From positions 64,001 through 128,000 of the forward strand of contig CAXXFK010000028.1 in the NCBI GenBank assembly GCA_963663965.2: a stretch of 64,000 nt of DNA. The letters are read 5' to 3'. Positions 51,801 through 60,567 of the stretch are shown here, piece after piece. The notes under the pieces were generated by a model. The model was not told the DNA's origin. It saw nothing but the letters and a program-made list of their open reading frames with translations, and did not search any database. Within the stretch, counting starts at the first letter, position 1; every line of letters starts with the position of its first letter. Both the position numbers and the translations under genes were made by a program. The stretch is from Sedimentisphaerales bacterium (GTDB lineage: Bacteria > Planctomycetota > Phycisphaerae > Sedimentisphaerales > SM23-30).

Positions 51801-53682
51801 CTCTTTCACACTATTTGCAGTTGGACGTTTTGATTCTAACCCCAATAGCGGCAATCACTACATGATTGGCACACAAACTATAGCTGATGATAGTTTAGGA
51901 TTATATTTGGATGGTAGTTCAAATCCTGATAGATTCGGATTTAAGGCAGGAAATTCCAATGAGCTTCCTTCCTGGTCACCAGTAGCCGACATAAATCCTC
52001 ATGTATTTTCCATTACTTCTGATATGGCCGTCTGCTTTGATGGTAATTTCCTTGGATCAATTGTAAATGATTCACAATCATCTCCTGTAGGACTGAATTT
52101 AGGTAGTAGCCTCGATAATGGCAGCAGTCAGTATTTCAAAGGAGAAATTGCAGAAGTTATTTTTTATGATCGTGTCTTGTCATCATTGGAATTGGAACAA
52201 GTTGGCGATTATCTTGCTAATAAATATCCCGTAATCAATACATCATATATTAGCTTTCCATTTGCCCAATCTCCGGTAAGTGGAGCGGCTGGCGTATTGC
52301 CTAAATCGGTATTGATGTGGAAAGCTGGGCTAAATCCTGATGACCGTATGCATGTTGATCCTGCTATTAAAAAACATTATTTATGGATGGGTAGCGGTGA
52401 ACAGAATGATTTATCGTTAGTTGCTTCAATTGATATTAGCGACTATAGCGACCCTTCTGCAGATGGATTCTTTGACCTTAGCTCATTACTGGATTTTGGC
52501 AGTACATATTACTGGATGGTAGAAGAAGGTCTTGATGATGGTGCCGGCGGTGTCTATCCTCCCGGTAACTCAAATAATATAACTGGTCCTGTTTGGAGTT
52601 TTACTACTGCTACAGATATACTTAAGATATCAGTTCAGCCGCGGGATATGAAAGCCCATGAGTCAGATAATGCCCGGTTTGGTATCGAATATTCAGCATT
52701 GTCAGAGATTACTGATGTTAAATGGTATAAAGATGATGTGTTGTTATCTGCTGGTGGCGGTATAAACATAAATTGGAGTCAGGCAGCGAGTATACTAACG
52801 ATCACAAATGCTGACAGTGATGATGAAGGTGAATATTATGCAATTATTGATTGTTCCGCTGGAGACTCTTTAAAGTCAAGTACCGCCAGGCTGACTCTGA
52901 ACAAGCTGCTGGCAAGGTATAGGTTTGAACAGAATGCTTCTGATTCTGTTGGAGTGAATGATGGAAGCATTGTCGGTGGTATGGATTATGTGGCCGGCAA
53001 GACCAATGCTGGCGGGCAGATGTATGCAGTTGATCCTAATGGAGAGAATTATATATTGCTGTCAAAAGATGCCTATCCTAAAACTGGAATTGGTAATGGT
53101 CTCAATGCCTTTACTTATAGCTGCTGGGTCAGGCTTGATCCCGGCGAGGGTGGTATAATTCTTGGTGTCTTTAACGATGGGGTTAAAACCGGTCTTAGGT
53201 TTAGTATCAATTCGGTTGAAAATAATATAAGCGTGTATTTGAGACAGAACAATGGCTCATCTATTTATCCAACAACTACTCCGCTGGCAGCTGACAGTTT
53301 GTGGCATTTTGTTGCTGCAACCTATGATGGCACTGAAATGAAAATATATGTAGATGGAACCTTGAAAGCTGCTGCTACAAAAACATTAACAGACTTTGAT
53401 GAATGGCAGTACCCAATGACCCTGGTGGCCCTGGACTATCACGGCAGTATAAATAATCGTTTTAGCGGTCAGGTTGACGACTTAAAAATTTACAACTATG
53501 CTTTGTCTTTCGAGAAAATTGCCCAGGAATATCTGGCCGTTGAAGGGGGCGGATGGATCTGCGATACTGACCAGCCTGGCCTGGTTTGTGATTTTGATAA
53601 CAACTGCCAGGTTGACTTTGGTGACCTTGAGATGTTTGTTTGTCAATGGCTTGACAGTAATCGTATTTACTCTGTGAAATAG
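48832..53682 (+). CDS. Secreted GH2 glycoside hydrolase (beta-mannosidase/exo-beta-glucosaminidase-like) + LamG + Ig + LamG + dockerin-like tail
   Basis: VPGTVL, YWFRTEF, GINYRAEIWLNG, GWDF, WWP, VNGKPIF, IRFWGG, FYDLCDELG, RNHPS..ANE, CPEYG, SDNFFSLLPGE. Confidence 0.9.
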   Translation: MRILVTCVIMCHMAMCSFLLAGELNIASDNSISRAPDRQKQDAIVLRSNDFHEGGYQWRMIKEGDAGVAGGRVSLVGYTSDAAMDAIVPGTVLNSLVYNKVYPEPYFGINNANDKDLIPDITEVGREFYTYWFRTEFELPADYSGKQVMLRLDGINYRAEIWLNGQQIGNMAGMFNHGFFDVTDNVNYDGPNALAVLVKPVDVLGGFDVKNDEPQAVGENRNGGDGTFGKNVTQLMSIGWDFTFSDGIRDRNTGIWKDITIFPVDSVELRNPFIKCDLVMPDMTSSRQDISVEVINHTSIFQSGVLRAVIDGMSVNIEKNVSLTPNEAKTVYLSPDEYESLTCLNPELWWPINKGPQNLYHLTLSFEQNGTVSDTEETRFAVRHVTSDRNTPDSSRQFYVNGKPIFLHGTNWIPEAMLRKTDERMYAEMRYTQQAGINFIRFWGGGIVESDYFYDLCDELGIMVSMEFWQSGDTVLPADYDLYRENFADTIKALRNHPSVVYYISANERGASSVVPVTDLVQSLDGTRGYQAGSEIEGIHDGSPYKYVNPMFYYDDSASDRGSRIYGLCPEYGTPCLPTLDCLEEMMDVSDIWPVNETVWDYHDGAGFHDMVAKYVPAMQQYGSIESAEELAWKGQMVGAVGYRSLWECWTYNRLNNGDRYSSGVWFWYHNSPTRQVCGRMWDWSLEPTAALYYSQDAHEPIHAQYDFIKNTVSVNNEFYTPFEGSVQIRVFNQDMSLKYEKQTTVSVGSDMVANDVIHAELPSDLSPVHFIRLDIFDSNGSYVADTFYWCSNSEYDGQKTYTGPLYSGFQDIEKLPNISLDSVVEMKNGKYKVTITNQSESLAFMVRVKLADSSDLKPVRPSFYSDNFFSLLPGEEKVVTIESYKYEPSAIVQISGWNVVETSTPINDMPPVTDGLVMCLDADAIAGVEDGVSIGSWVDISDSGNDASQMLSETQPVYDTYSEVLGKPVVCFDGIDDYLDLNDDMISLGSFTLFAVGRFDSNPNSGNHYMIGTQTIADDSLGLYLDGSSNPDRFGFKAGNSNELPSWSPVADINPHVFSITSDMAVCFDGNFLGSIVNDSQSSPVGLNLGSSLDNGSSQYFKGEIAEVIFYDRVLSSLELEQVGDYLANKYPVINTSYISFPFAQSPVSGAAGVLPKSVLMWKAGLNPDDRMHVDPAIKKHYLWMGSGEQNDLSLVASIDISDYSDPSADGFFDLSSLLDFGSTYYWMVEEGLDDGAGGVYPPGNSNNITGPVWSFTTATDILKISVQPRDMKAHESDNARFGIEYSALSEITDVKWYKDDVLLSAGGGININWSQAASILTITNADSDDEGEYYAIIDCSAGDSLKSSTARLTLNKLLARYRFEQNASDSVGVNDGSIVGGMDYVAGKTNAGGQMYAVDPNGENYILLSKDAYPKTGIGNGLNAFTYSCWVRLDPGEGGIILGVFNDGVKTGLRFSINSVENNISVYLRQNNGSSIYPTTTPLAADSLWHFVAATYDGTEMKIYVDGTLKAAATKTLTDFDEWQYPMTLVALDYHGSINNRFSGQVDDLKIYNYALSFEKIAQEYLAVEGGGWICDTDQPGLVCDFDNNCQVDFGDLEMFVCQWLDSNRIYSVK

Positions 53683-53708
53683 ATCTTTCTAATTGTGGGT
53701 GTTAGTGT

Positions 53709-53742
53709 AAAGGCCTTGTAAGTAAATGCTTATGAGGCTTTT
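53709..53742 (+). repeat. Copy 3 of the tRNA-associated hairpin element
   Basis: AAAGGCCTTGTAAGT-AAAT-GCTTATGAGGCTTTT. Confidence 0.85.
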
Positions 53743-53878
53743 GCAATTTAAAATATTCTTGAAACTATTTACACTGCAAAACTCATATATTCTGCTGAAA
53801 AATGAACTTATAAGTCATTATTATTTGTGCTATATTATACCTGAATCTAATCGCTTTTGAGCAGGAATAGGAGTAATA

Positions 53879-54886
53879 ATGAAATATAAGAACCGGATTG
53901 TATGTATTTTGACTTGTCTTTGTTTTGCTGTTTTTGCTGGTCTATTGCCGGCAGAACCTGTAAAAGTTGCCAGTGGTGATAATAATAGTCTCCCATGGCT
54001 CTCGGATGGGGCATATAGTGTTACCGTAACTGACTATGAATGGATAGATTCGGACCGCAGCCGTACAGTCCCAGTAAGGCTTTATCTCCCAGGTGCTGAA
54101 GGAAAAATGCCGCTTATCGTATTTTCGCATGGTTTAGGAGGAGACCGCTACGGCTATAAGTTCTTAGGAGGCTATTGGGCTAGTCATGGCTTTGTCTGTC
54201 TTATGCTGCAGCATCCTGGCAGTGACAGCTCATTGTGGAAAGGTGTTCCGCCAGCTGAATCTAAGAATAATATCATGAAAGCCGCCAGTATTCAAAATGC
54301 CTTACTTCGTGTACAGGATGTCAGGTTTGCTATGACAAAAATGGCTGAATTGTGTGCTGATGGAGGTATTATGGCAAATAAAGTCGATTTGACTGCAGCC
54401 GGCATTGCCGGTCATTCATTCGGGGCACAAACGACGTTGGCAACTGTAAATTCAAGCTCTGACTTTATTGCGGCAATTCCTATGAGCGCACCGTATGCCG
54501 GGGGTAAGCTGGCTCAAAAGTTTGCATATGGAAATATCGCCGTTCCTTGTCTGCATATGACTGGTACTATTGATGACAGCCCAGTAGGGGAAACCAGTGC
54601 CGCTCAGAGAAGGGTGCCGTATGACTTTCTTAGCAGCTCAGATCAATATCTGATAAACTTTATTGGTGGTGACCATATGATCTTTGCCGATATTTGGCTG
54701 CCCTTGCGTGATAATGACAAGGATAAAGAGTTTCACCAGTGTATAAAGTCCGTTACAACGGCATTTTGGTACTGCTACTTGAAAAAAGACCAGTCTGCGA
54801 GCCAGTGGTTAAACATATCTGTACGGGATTATCTCAAAAATATCGCAGATTATGAATATAAGATCAAATCTGAACATGTGAAATAA
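53879..54886 (+). CDS. Secreted alpha/beta hydrolase (PAF-AH/dienelactone hydrolase-like)
   Basis: FSHGLGG, HPGSD, GHSFGA nucleophile, MTGTIDD, GGDHM. Confidence 0.88.
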   Translation: MKYKNRIVCILTCLCFAVFAGLLPAEPVKVASGDNNSLPWLSDGAYSVTVTDYEWIDSDRSRTVPVRLYLPGAEGKMPLIVFSHGLGGDRYGYKFLGGYWASHGFVCLMLQHPGSDSSLWKGVPPAESKNNIMKAASIQNALLRVQDVRFAMTKMAELCADGGIMANKVDLTAAGIAGHSFGAQTTLATVNSSSDFIAAIPMSAPYAGGKLAQKFAYGNIAVPCLHMTGTIDDSPVGETSAAQRRVPYDFLSSSDQYLINFIGGDHMIFADIWLPLRDNDKDKEFHQCIKSVTTAFWYCYLKKDQSASQWLNISVRDYLKNIADYEYKIKSEHVK

Positions 54887-55110
54887 TGATTAGTTAGCTG
54901 TAACTGATTGTCGATAAGTTAGTTATGGTTTGTTTTTTTCATTCTGGGGTTTGACTGTGAATATTAATTCGCATTTGGATCTGGAATGGTGCTTTAGGTT
55001 AAAATCTTGCCCACTTTTTAACAGTGTTAAGCTTTCTTTATGCCGTTATTTCGTCTGATGATTTTGATTTTGGGCTAATGTTCCATAAAAACGAAAATAT
55101 GATAAAAAAG

Positions 55111-55143
55111 TGTACACAAATCTTGTGTTTGAGTGATTAGGTA
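55111..55143 (+). promoter_or_regulatory. Putative ECF autoregulatory promoter
   Basis: TGTACACA-N10-TTGAGTGATTAGGTA, about 40 bp upstream of the sigma gene. Confidence 0.6.
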
Positions 55144-55182
55144 TATATAGGATAAATAATTAGAATATCTGGATTTAACCTG

Positions 55183-55701
55183 GTGCTCATGAATAAAGAT
55201 AAATTTTTCAAATTATTTTTACAGAACAATAAAAAGCTTTTTGCCTATATTGTATGCTGTGTTCCAAACTATGCCGATGCTGAAGATATTCTTCAGGATG
55301 TTGCATCTGTTATGTGGAAGAAGTTTGACAGCTACGAAGACGGCACAAACTTTTATGCATGGGCTAAGCAGATAGCAAAGTACAAGATAAGTTATTATTA
55401 CAGGAGTCAGAAAGATATCTGGCGTTTTGATAGTGATGTGCTGCAGAATATTATTGAGGCAAATGATGAAGTTTCCCAGAAACATGATAGCAGAGCTGTT
55501 GCTTTACAGGGGTGCCTTAATAAACTGAACAGTAATGATCTTAATCTTATCAAACAGCGTTTTCAGGATAATATCTCGGTTAGAGAAATTGCGATCAAAA
55601 ACAGTGTTTCGGTATCTAAGCTGTATAAGCATCTCGCGAAGGTATATGCTGTGCTAGGTGACTGCATAACAAAGACAACACTTGCCTGGGAGGGTAGGTA
55701 A
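55183..55701 (+). CDS. ECF sigma-70 factor (cassette 3)
   Basis: DAEDILQDV, YEDGTNFYAWAKQIAKY, ALQGCLNKL. Confidence 0.93.
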   Translation: MLMNKDKFFKLFLQNNKKLFAYIVCCVPNYADAEDILQDVASVMWKKFDSYEDGTNFYAWAKQIAKYKISYYYRSQKDIWRFDSDVLQNIIEANDEVSQKHDSRAVALQGCLNKLNSNDLNLIKQRFQDNISVREIAIKNSVSVSKLYKHLAKVYAVLGDCITKTTLAWEGR

Positions 55702-57407
55702 TGAACCATAGAGAGCTTGTCCTTTTATGTGAGCTGGTTGCCGCTGAATTTGATAATGATCTGACATTAGAGCAGTTCACGACACTTAACAATATGCTTA
55801 AGCATAAGGAATATGCACTAAAGTATGTAGAGCTTGTTTCAATGTTTACTGAACTGGCCGGGCAGAGCAGGCTGGATCAGATCCTGGCGAATAATGCCGA
55901 TCAGGGAATTGGTGGCCAGATCAATACTGAAATACTTAGCCGGATCGTGGATATTGAAGATAGTGCTCCTGCTATTGAGCTGGAAAGCGAAGTTGAAGAG
56001 CAAAGCCAGATTGTTGAGCATAAAGACAGCAAAGAAAGCAAGTCGAGCAGGTTCTTTAAGCTGTTCGACCGTTTTATCTATTTAGCTGCTGTATTTATGG
56101 TACTGTTTATTGCTTATGCCGAGTTGTTCTCACCTCAATATTCTATACCGGTTGCAACTGTGACAGATCAGGTAGATGTTCGCTGGAGTAAGAGTTCTGA
56201 ACAGTTCCATACATCTGACAGACTGCTGACCAATCAGTTCCCGTATAAAATTGATAAAGGGATAGTCAGCATAAAATATGATCAGGGTGTTGATGTTGTA
56301 ATTGAGGGGCCTGCTGAGTTTACTATCGAAAAAAATGGAATTGACCTGGCCCAGGGACGAATTTATTCATATGTGTCTGAGGTTGGACGCGGCTTTACAG
56401 TCGATACAATAAATAACAGGTATGTTGACCTTGGCACAGAATTTGGTGTTTCTGTTGAAAAAGAAACCTCCGAAGAGCTTCATGTCTTAAAAGGCAAGGT
56501 TCAGTTCTTTTCTGGACTTACTGGTGCTCCCAAGGATAGTAGTGTGATATTTGCTAATGATGCCAGAAGGTTTAACTCTAAGACCGGAAAAGTGTCTGCT
56601 ATTCCGGTAGAGACAGAGTTGTTTGCTCGGCAGCTTGACTCAAAGGCCGGTATGATCTGGCGTGGGCAGAAAACACTGGATCTGACAAGGCTGGCAGCCG
56701 GTAGAAAAGATTCATGGAATATCGGTGATGCAGTTGGGATAAATCCAGTTGATGGTAAGTATGTGGATGCTAATTACAATAGAAGAGTAAACAGCAATAA
56801 TAAATATAGTATTGTTGCCGATTCTAAAATTGTTGATGGTGTTTTTATTCCTGATGGTGGAGATGGTGAGGTTGTGATCTCTTCTACTGGATTAACTTTT
56901 GCCTGTCCAGATACCAGCGGCGGATATACTCAGAATATATGCTTGTTCAGAAGTGGTATAAAAAGAGAAAATTCTAAAGTCTCCGATGTGATATTTAATG
57001 GTGTAGAAATAGAAAAAAATCCTGAATCGATAATGTGCTTCCATAGTAATTGCGGTATGACGATCGATCTGAAAGCAATTAAAGAGTCTATGCCTGGCCA
57101 TGAATTATCTGGTTTTAAGGCATTGGGTGGCATTACTGAGTTTGTTGATGGTTTAATTGGTCGTCCGGCTGATATTGACCTTTGGGTACTTGTCGACGGT
57201 CAGCTCAAATATAGCAGAGAACTCCTAATGGTTAAAGATGGGACTATTGATATCGATATAGATCTTGCCGATGATGCCCGTTTTTTAACTATTATTGTGA
57301 CCGATGGGCTCAGACCTGCCGATCCACCAAAATATGCCGGATGGGAAAATGATTTCTTTTATCTGGTGAACCCTGAAATTGTGCTTGATGCTGAGATAAA
57401 CAATTGA
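55701..57407 (+). CDS. FecR-type anti-sigma factor with C-terminal NPCBM-like domain
   Basis: TM IAYAELFSP, VVIEGPAEF, VDLGTEFG, HVLKGKV, HSNCGMTIDL...LVDG...FLTIIVTDG. Confidence 0.88.
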   Translation: MNHRELVLLCELVAAEFDNDLTLEQFTTLNNMLKHKEYALKYVELVSMFTELAGQSRLDQILANNADQGIGGQINTEILSRIVDIEDSAPAIELESEVEEQSQIVEHKDSKESKSSRFFKLFDRFIYLAAVFMVLFIAYAELFSPQYSIPVATVTDQVDVRWSKSSEQFHTSDRLLTNQFPYKIDKGIVSIKYDQGVDVVIEGPAEFTIEKNGIDLAQGRIYSYVSEVGRGFTVDTINNRYVDLGTEFGVSVEKETSEELHVLKGKVQFFSGLTGAPKDSSVIFANDARRFNSKTGKVSAIPVETELFARQLDSKAGMIWRGQKTLDLTRLAAGRKDSWNIGDAVGINPVDGKYVDANYNRRVNSNNKYSIVADSKIVDGVFIPDGGDGEVVISSTGLTFACPDTSGGYTQNICLFRSGIKRENSKVSDVIFNGVEIEKNPESIMCFHSNCGMTIDLKAIKESMPGHELSGFKALGGITEFVDGLIGRPADIDLWVLVDGQLKYSRELLMVKDGTIDIDIDLADDARFLTIIVTDGLRPADPPKYAGWENDFFYLVNPEIVLDAEINN

Positions 57408-57626
57408 GTTTCAGCTTACTAGAGAAGATGTGACCTGTCTCTTATTTTTTATGATTATTATGTATCAGTTTCTGGTGCTTATTTTGATATTGATTTTTAT
57501 TTATTTACTCAAACTCTTCGTTTGGTTTATGTGTATGTATGTAAATATGTTTATGAACAAATAGTCTGGATTTGGTGATCATAAATTAGTTTGAGGTAAT
57601 TTAAAATCTTTTTTAGGGAGGTCAAA

Positions 57627-59702
57627 ATGAAAACTTTTGTCATGTTATTTCTTTCGCTATTGATGTCTTCGGTTTGTCTGGCTGATGCTCAAATAGCAAA
57701 TCCGGGTTTTGAGTCTATGGCTACGAATCCATCTTCAGGTGTACTGGAGCCTGGTAACTGGACTTTGTACGCTCAATCAAATGCAACAGTGTACTTTGCG
57801 GCTAAAACCGATGTTGTTAGAACTGGCACTTATTCAGAGAAAATAGCTGCCCGTAACGGATATGGTATGATCTATCAGGAAATCAGCAGTGGTTTTTCTG
57901 CCGGAGAGACATACAGCTTCTGGATGTATGGCAGAGGTGACACCAATAGTGGATGGATAATGGATGAGACTGGTGACCAGGTTGATTTATATATAAAATT
58001 TAAGGATGCTGGCGGTAATCAGATCGGTGACGAGATAAGTATGATCCTTTTTGATACTGACCCTGCAACACAAGCTCCAATTCTTAGTAGTGTAGAATGG
58101 GTTCAGTCTCCTGTATTTCAGTTTACTATCCCTGACGGTACAACATCATTTCTGGTAAAGATACGAAGTGTAGATGGTTCTGAAGATGGTGGTAAGGTAG
58201 ATGGTACATCAATATATATGGATGATATAATGTTAGATGTTCTTCCTTTGCCTGCAAAGAATCCTCTTCCTTCAGATAAGGCAATAGAGCAGCCCGTTAC
58301 CGGTCTGAGTCTTAGCTGGGAGCCTGGAGATGATCCTTATGCTGCTGGTGTGCCAAATGGAGATATAACAGGATATTATCTTTCTGTTGAGATCTATGAC
58401 ATTACTAATGATCCTGGCGAGCCTAATTCTATAAATGATCCAAATTATGTGGAGTCTGCTCCTGTCGAATTGAGTACTGCAGAATATACTTCCGAAAATA
58501 TAGAGATCGGGTTTGATAAAATCGTATTCTGGAAGGTTGACCAGAGTATAAATGGTTCATCTGTTGATGGTCTGGCTACTGTTAAAGGTAAATGGTGGTC
58601 TTTTTATACTGAAACTTCATTCCCGGTAATTAAGACCCAGCCTCAGGATGTCTCAATATTAGAAGGACAGACTGCTACGATCTCTATTGAAGCTGATGAT
58701 GATTCTAATTCGATCGTTTTGTATGAATGGTATGATTCTGATGATGTATTAATTGCTTCAGGTGAAGATGCTACTGCCATTGTATTTGAATCAGCAACTA
58801 CAAGTGATGCCGGCGAATATTACTGTGTATTGACTAATAGTCAGGGTAAACAGACTGTAAGTGATGTAGCTGTTTTGATGGTAAAGGGATTATTATTGAA
58901 ATATGACTTTGAAAATGATCTTACAGATGCAACTGGAAACTTTGATGGTACAGGCACAACTCTTGACCCTGGTGGTGAATTAGGAATAACATATGAAACC
59001 GCTGGTATCGATGGTATAGCTGCTGTATTTGATGGTACTAGTTATATGGATCTTGGTATAGAAGCATATCCAAATAAGGAACAGGGGTTAAAGAGCGGAA
59101 CTCTTTCCTTTTGGGTTAAGAAGAATGACGATATTACAAGTACCGTTATCGCCGTATATAATGATAGCCTGGTAACATGTTATAACTTGTCTTTGCAGGA
59201 ATCTGGAAGAATATATTTTTATATCAGAGCAGAGTCCGGGGCCTTTACTACTGTGCAGACTACAGCAGAGGGTTTATTTGACGGCCAATGGCATCAGATC
59301 GTAGCTACATATGAAGCTGGCAGCAATACCAATGTGTATCTGGATGGCGAGATTATAGGTTCATCCACTGGTTTAGGTGAGAATGAAGTATTTGCTGACT
59401 GGAGCTATTCTATGGTAGTAGGTGCCGGAAATACTCGCGGCCTTATCAATAATGTATATACAGGTTCGTTAGATGCATTTGCCTTGTATAACTATCCAAT
59501 GACTAATAAAGAAGTTTTGGATATGTATAATGACCTTGCACCAGTGAAAAAATCACTCTGTCTTGACTCATATGCGTCTGCTTATGATATAGCAGGACCA
59601 GAAGGTGAAGGTATTCCAGATTGTGAGGTTAATATTTATGACCTTGCTGTTATAGCTAATGCGTGGCTCGAATGCGGATTATATCCAGCTTGTGTAAAGT
59701 GA
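57627..59702 (+). CDS. Secreted carbohydrate-binding-like + Ig + LamG protein with dockerin-like C-terminus
   Basis: GGGAGG RBS, signal peptide, NPGFE CBM-like start, FWKVD, DAGEYYC, LamG, DIAGPEGEGIPDCEVNIYDL...WLEC. Confidence 0.88.
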   Translation: MKTFVMLFLSLLMSSVCLADAQIANPGFESMATNPSSGVLEPGNWTLYAQSNATVYFAAKTDVVRTGTYSEKIAARNGYGMIYQEISSGFSAGETYSFWMYGRGDTNSGWIMDETGDQVDLYIKFKDAGGNQIGDEISMILFDTDPATQAPILSSVEWVQSPVFQFTIPDGTTSFLVKIRSVDGSEDGGKVDGTSIYMDDIMLDVLPLPAKNPLPSDKAIEQPVTGLSLSWEPGDDPYAAGVPNGDITGYYLSVEIYDITNDPGEPNSINDPNYVESAPVELSTAEYTSENIEIGFDKIVFWKVDQSINGSSVDGLATVKGKWWSFYTETSFPVIKTQPQDVSILEGQTATISIEADDDSNSIVLYEWYDSDDVLIASGEDATAIVFESATTSDAGEYYCVLTNSQGKQTVSDVAVLMVKGLLLKYDFENDLTDATGNFDGTGTTLDPGGELGITYETAGIDGIAAVFDGTSYMDLGIEAYPNKEQGLKSGTLSFWVKKNDDITSTVIAVYNDSLVTCYNLSLQESGRIYFYIRAESGAFTTVQTTAEGLFDGQWHQIVATYEAGSNTNVYLDGEIIGSSTGLGENEVFADWSYSMVVGAGNTRGLINNVYTGSLDAFALYNYPMTNKEVLDMYNDLAPVKKSLCLDSYASAYDIAGPEGEGIPDCEVNIYDLAVIANAWLECGLYPACVK

Positions 59703-59720
59703 TTTGTTAGTTTCTAATCT

Positions 59721-59751
59721 TCGGCTGGCTTCCTTAGGGAGCCTTGCCGGA
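59721..59751 (+). terminator. Intergenic hairpin
   Basis: TCGGC-TGGCTTCC-TTA-GGGAGCC-TTGCCGGA. Confidence 0.45.
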
Positions 59752-59807
59752 GTTTGATATGTAAGTTGTTGTTTTTTTATTCTAAATTGACTTTAGGAGG
59801 TCAGAAA

Positions 59808-60467
59808 ATGAAGAAGATTATTTTATTGTTGATGGTGTTTATGGTATCGGCAGCTGGTGCCAATATGATAATGAACCCTGGTTTTGAAGCTCTCACTGGA
59901 AGCCCATTAGTCGCTGACGACTGGACTGAGTACAAAGGCACTGGTGCCACGGTGTACTACGCAGCTAAGACGGATGTTGTATATGATGGTGATTATTCAT
60001 ATAAAATAGCTGCCCGTAACGGCTATGGAATGCTGCACCAGACTATTACCGGTTTTACCGGTGGCGAATCACTAAGCTTCTGGCTTTATGGCAGAGGTGA
60101 TACTAATTCCGGCTGGCAAATGAATGAAGTGGGTGATCAGGTTGATGTTTATATAAAGTTCAAGGATGCCGGCGGCAATCAGATCGGTGATGAGCTTTTT
60201 ATGGTATTATTTGATGCTGATGATAGCACTGATGCTGCGATACTTTCATCAACAGACTGGCTTAAATCATCTGTACTTAGCTTTGTGACACCAGAAAATA
60301 CAGCCCAGATACAAGTCAAGATCAGGTCTGTTGATGGCTCTGTTGATGGTGGTAAAGTTGATGGTACTGGTGTTTATCTTGATAGTGTAACCCTGGTTCC
60401 AGAACCTGCATCTCTTTCAATTTTAGTTGCTGGTTTAGCTGGTATTTTGCATCGCAAAAGAAAATAA
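59808..60467 (+). CDS. PEP-CTERM sorting domain protein
   Basis: AGGAGG RBS, signal peptide, C-terminal VPEPASLSILVAGLAGILHRKRK. Confidence 0.93.
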   Translation: MKKIILLLMVFMVSAAGANMIMNPGFEALTGSPLVADDWTEYKGTGATVYYAAKTDVVYDGDYSYKIAARNGYGMLHQTITGFTGGESLSFWLYGRGDTNSGWQMNEVGDQVDVYIKFKDAGGNQIGDELFMVLFDADDSTDAAILSSTDWLKSSVLSFVTPENTAQIQVKIRSVDGSVDGGKVDGTGVYLDSVTLVPEPASLSILVAGLAGILHRKRK

Positions 60468-60567
60468 GTTGTTTTGTGGCACTTTAGTATGTTTTTGTTA
60501 TAAGATTATAGCGGGTGTATTCTATTTGAATATGCCCGCATATTGTGTATATAGTTGGAGAGTGATC

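Noticed and set aside
31699..53742. Repeated ~30-bp hairpin as a CRISPR repeat
   Set aside because: Copies are 7-15 kb apart, with no spacer array and no cas genes.
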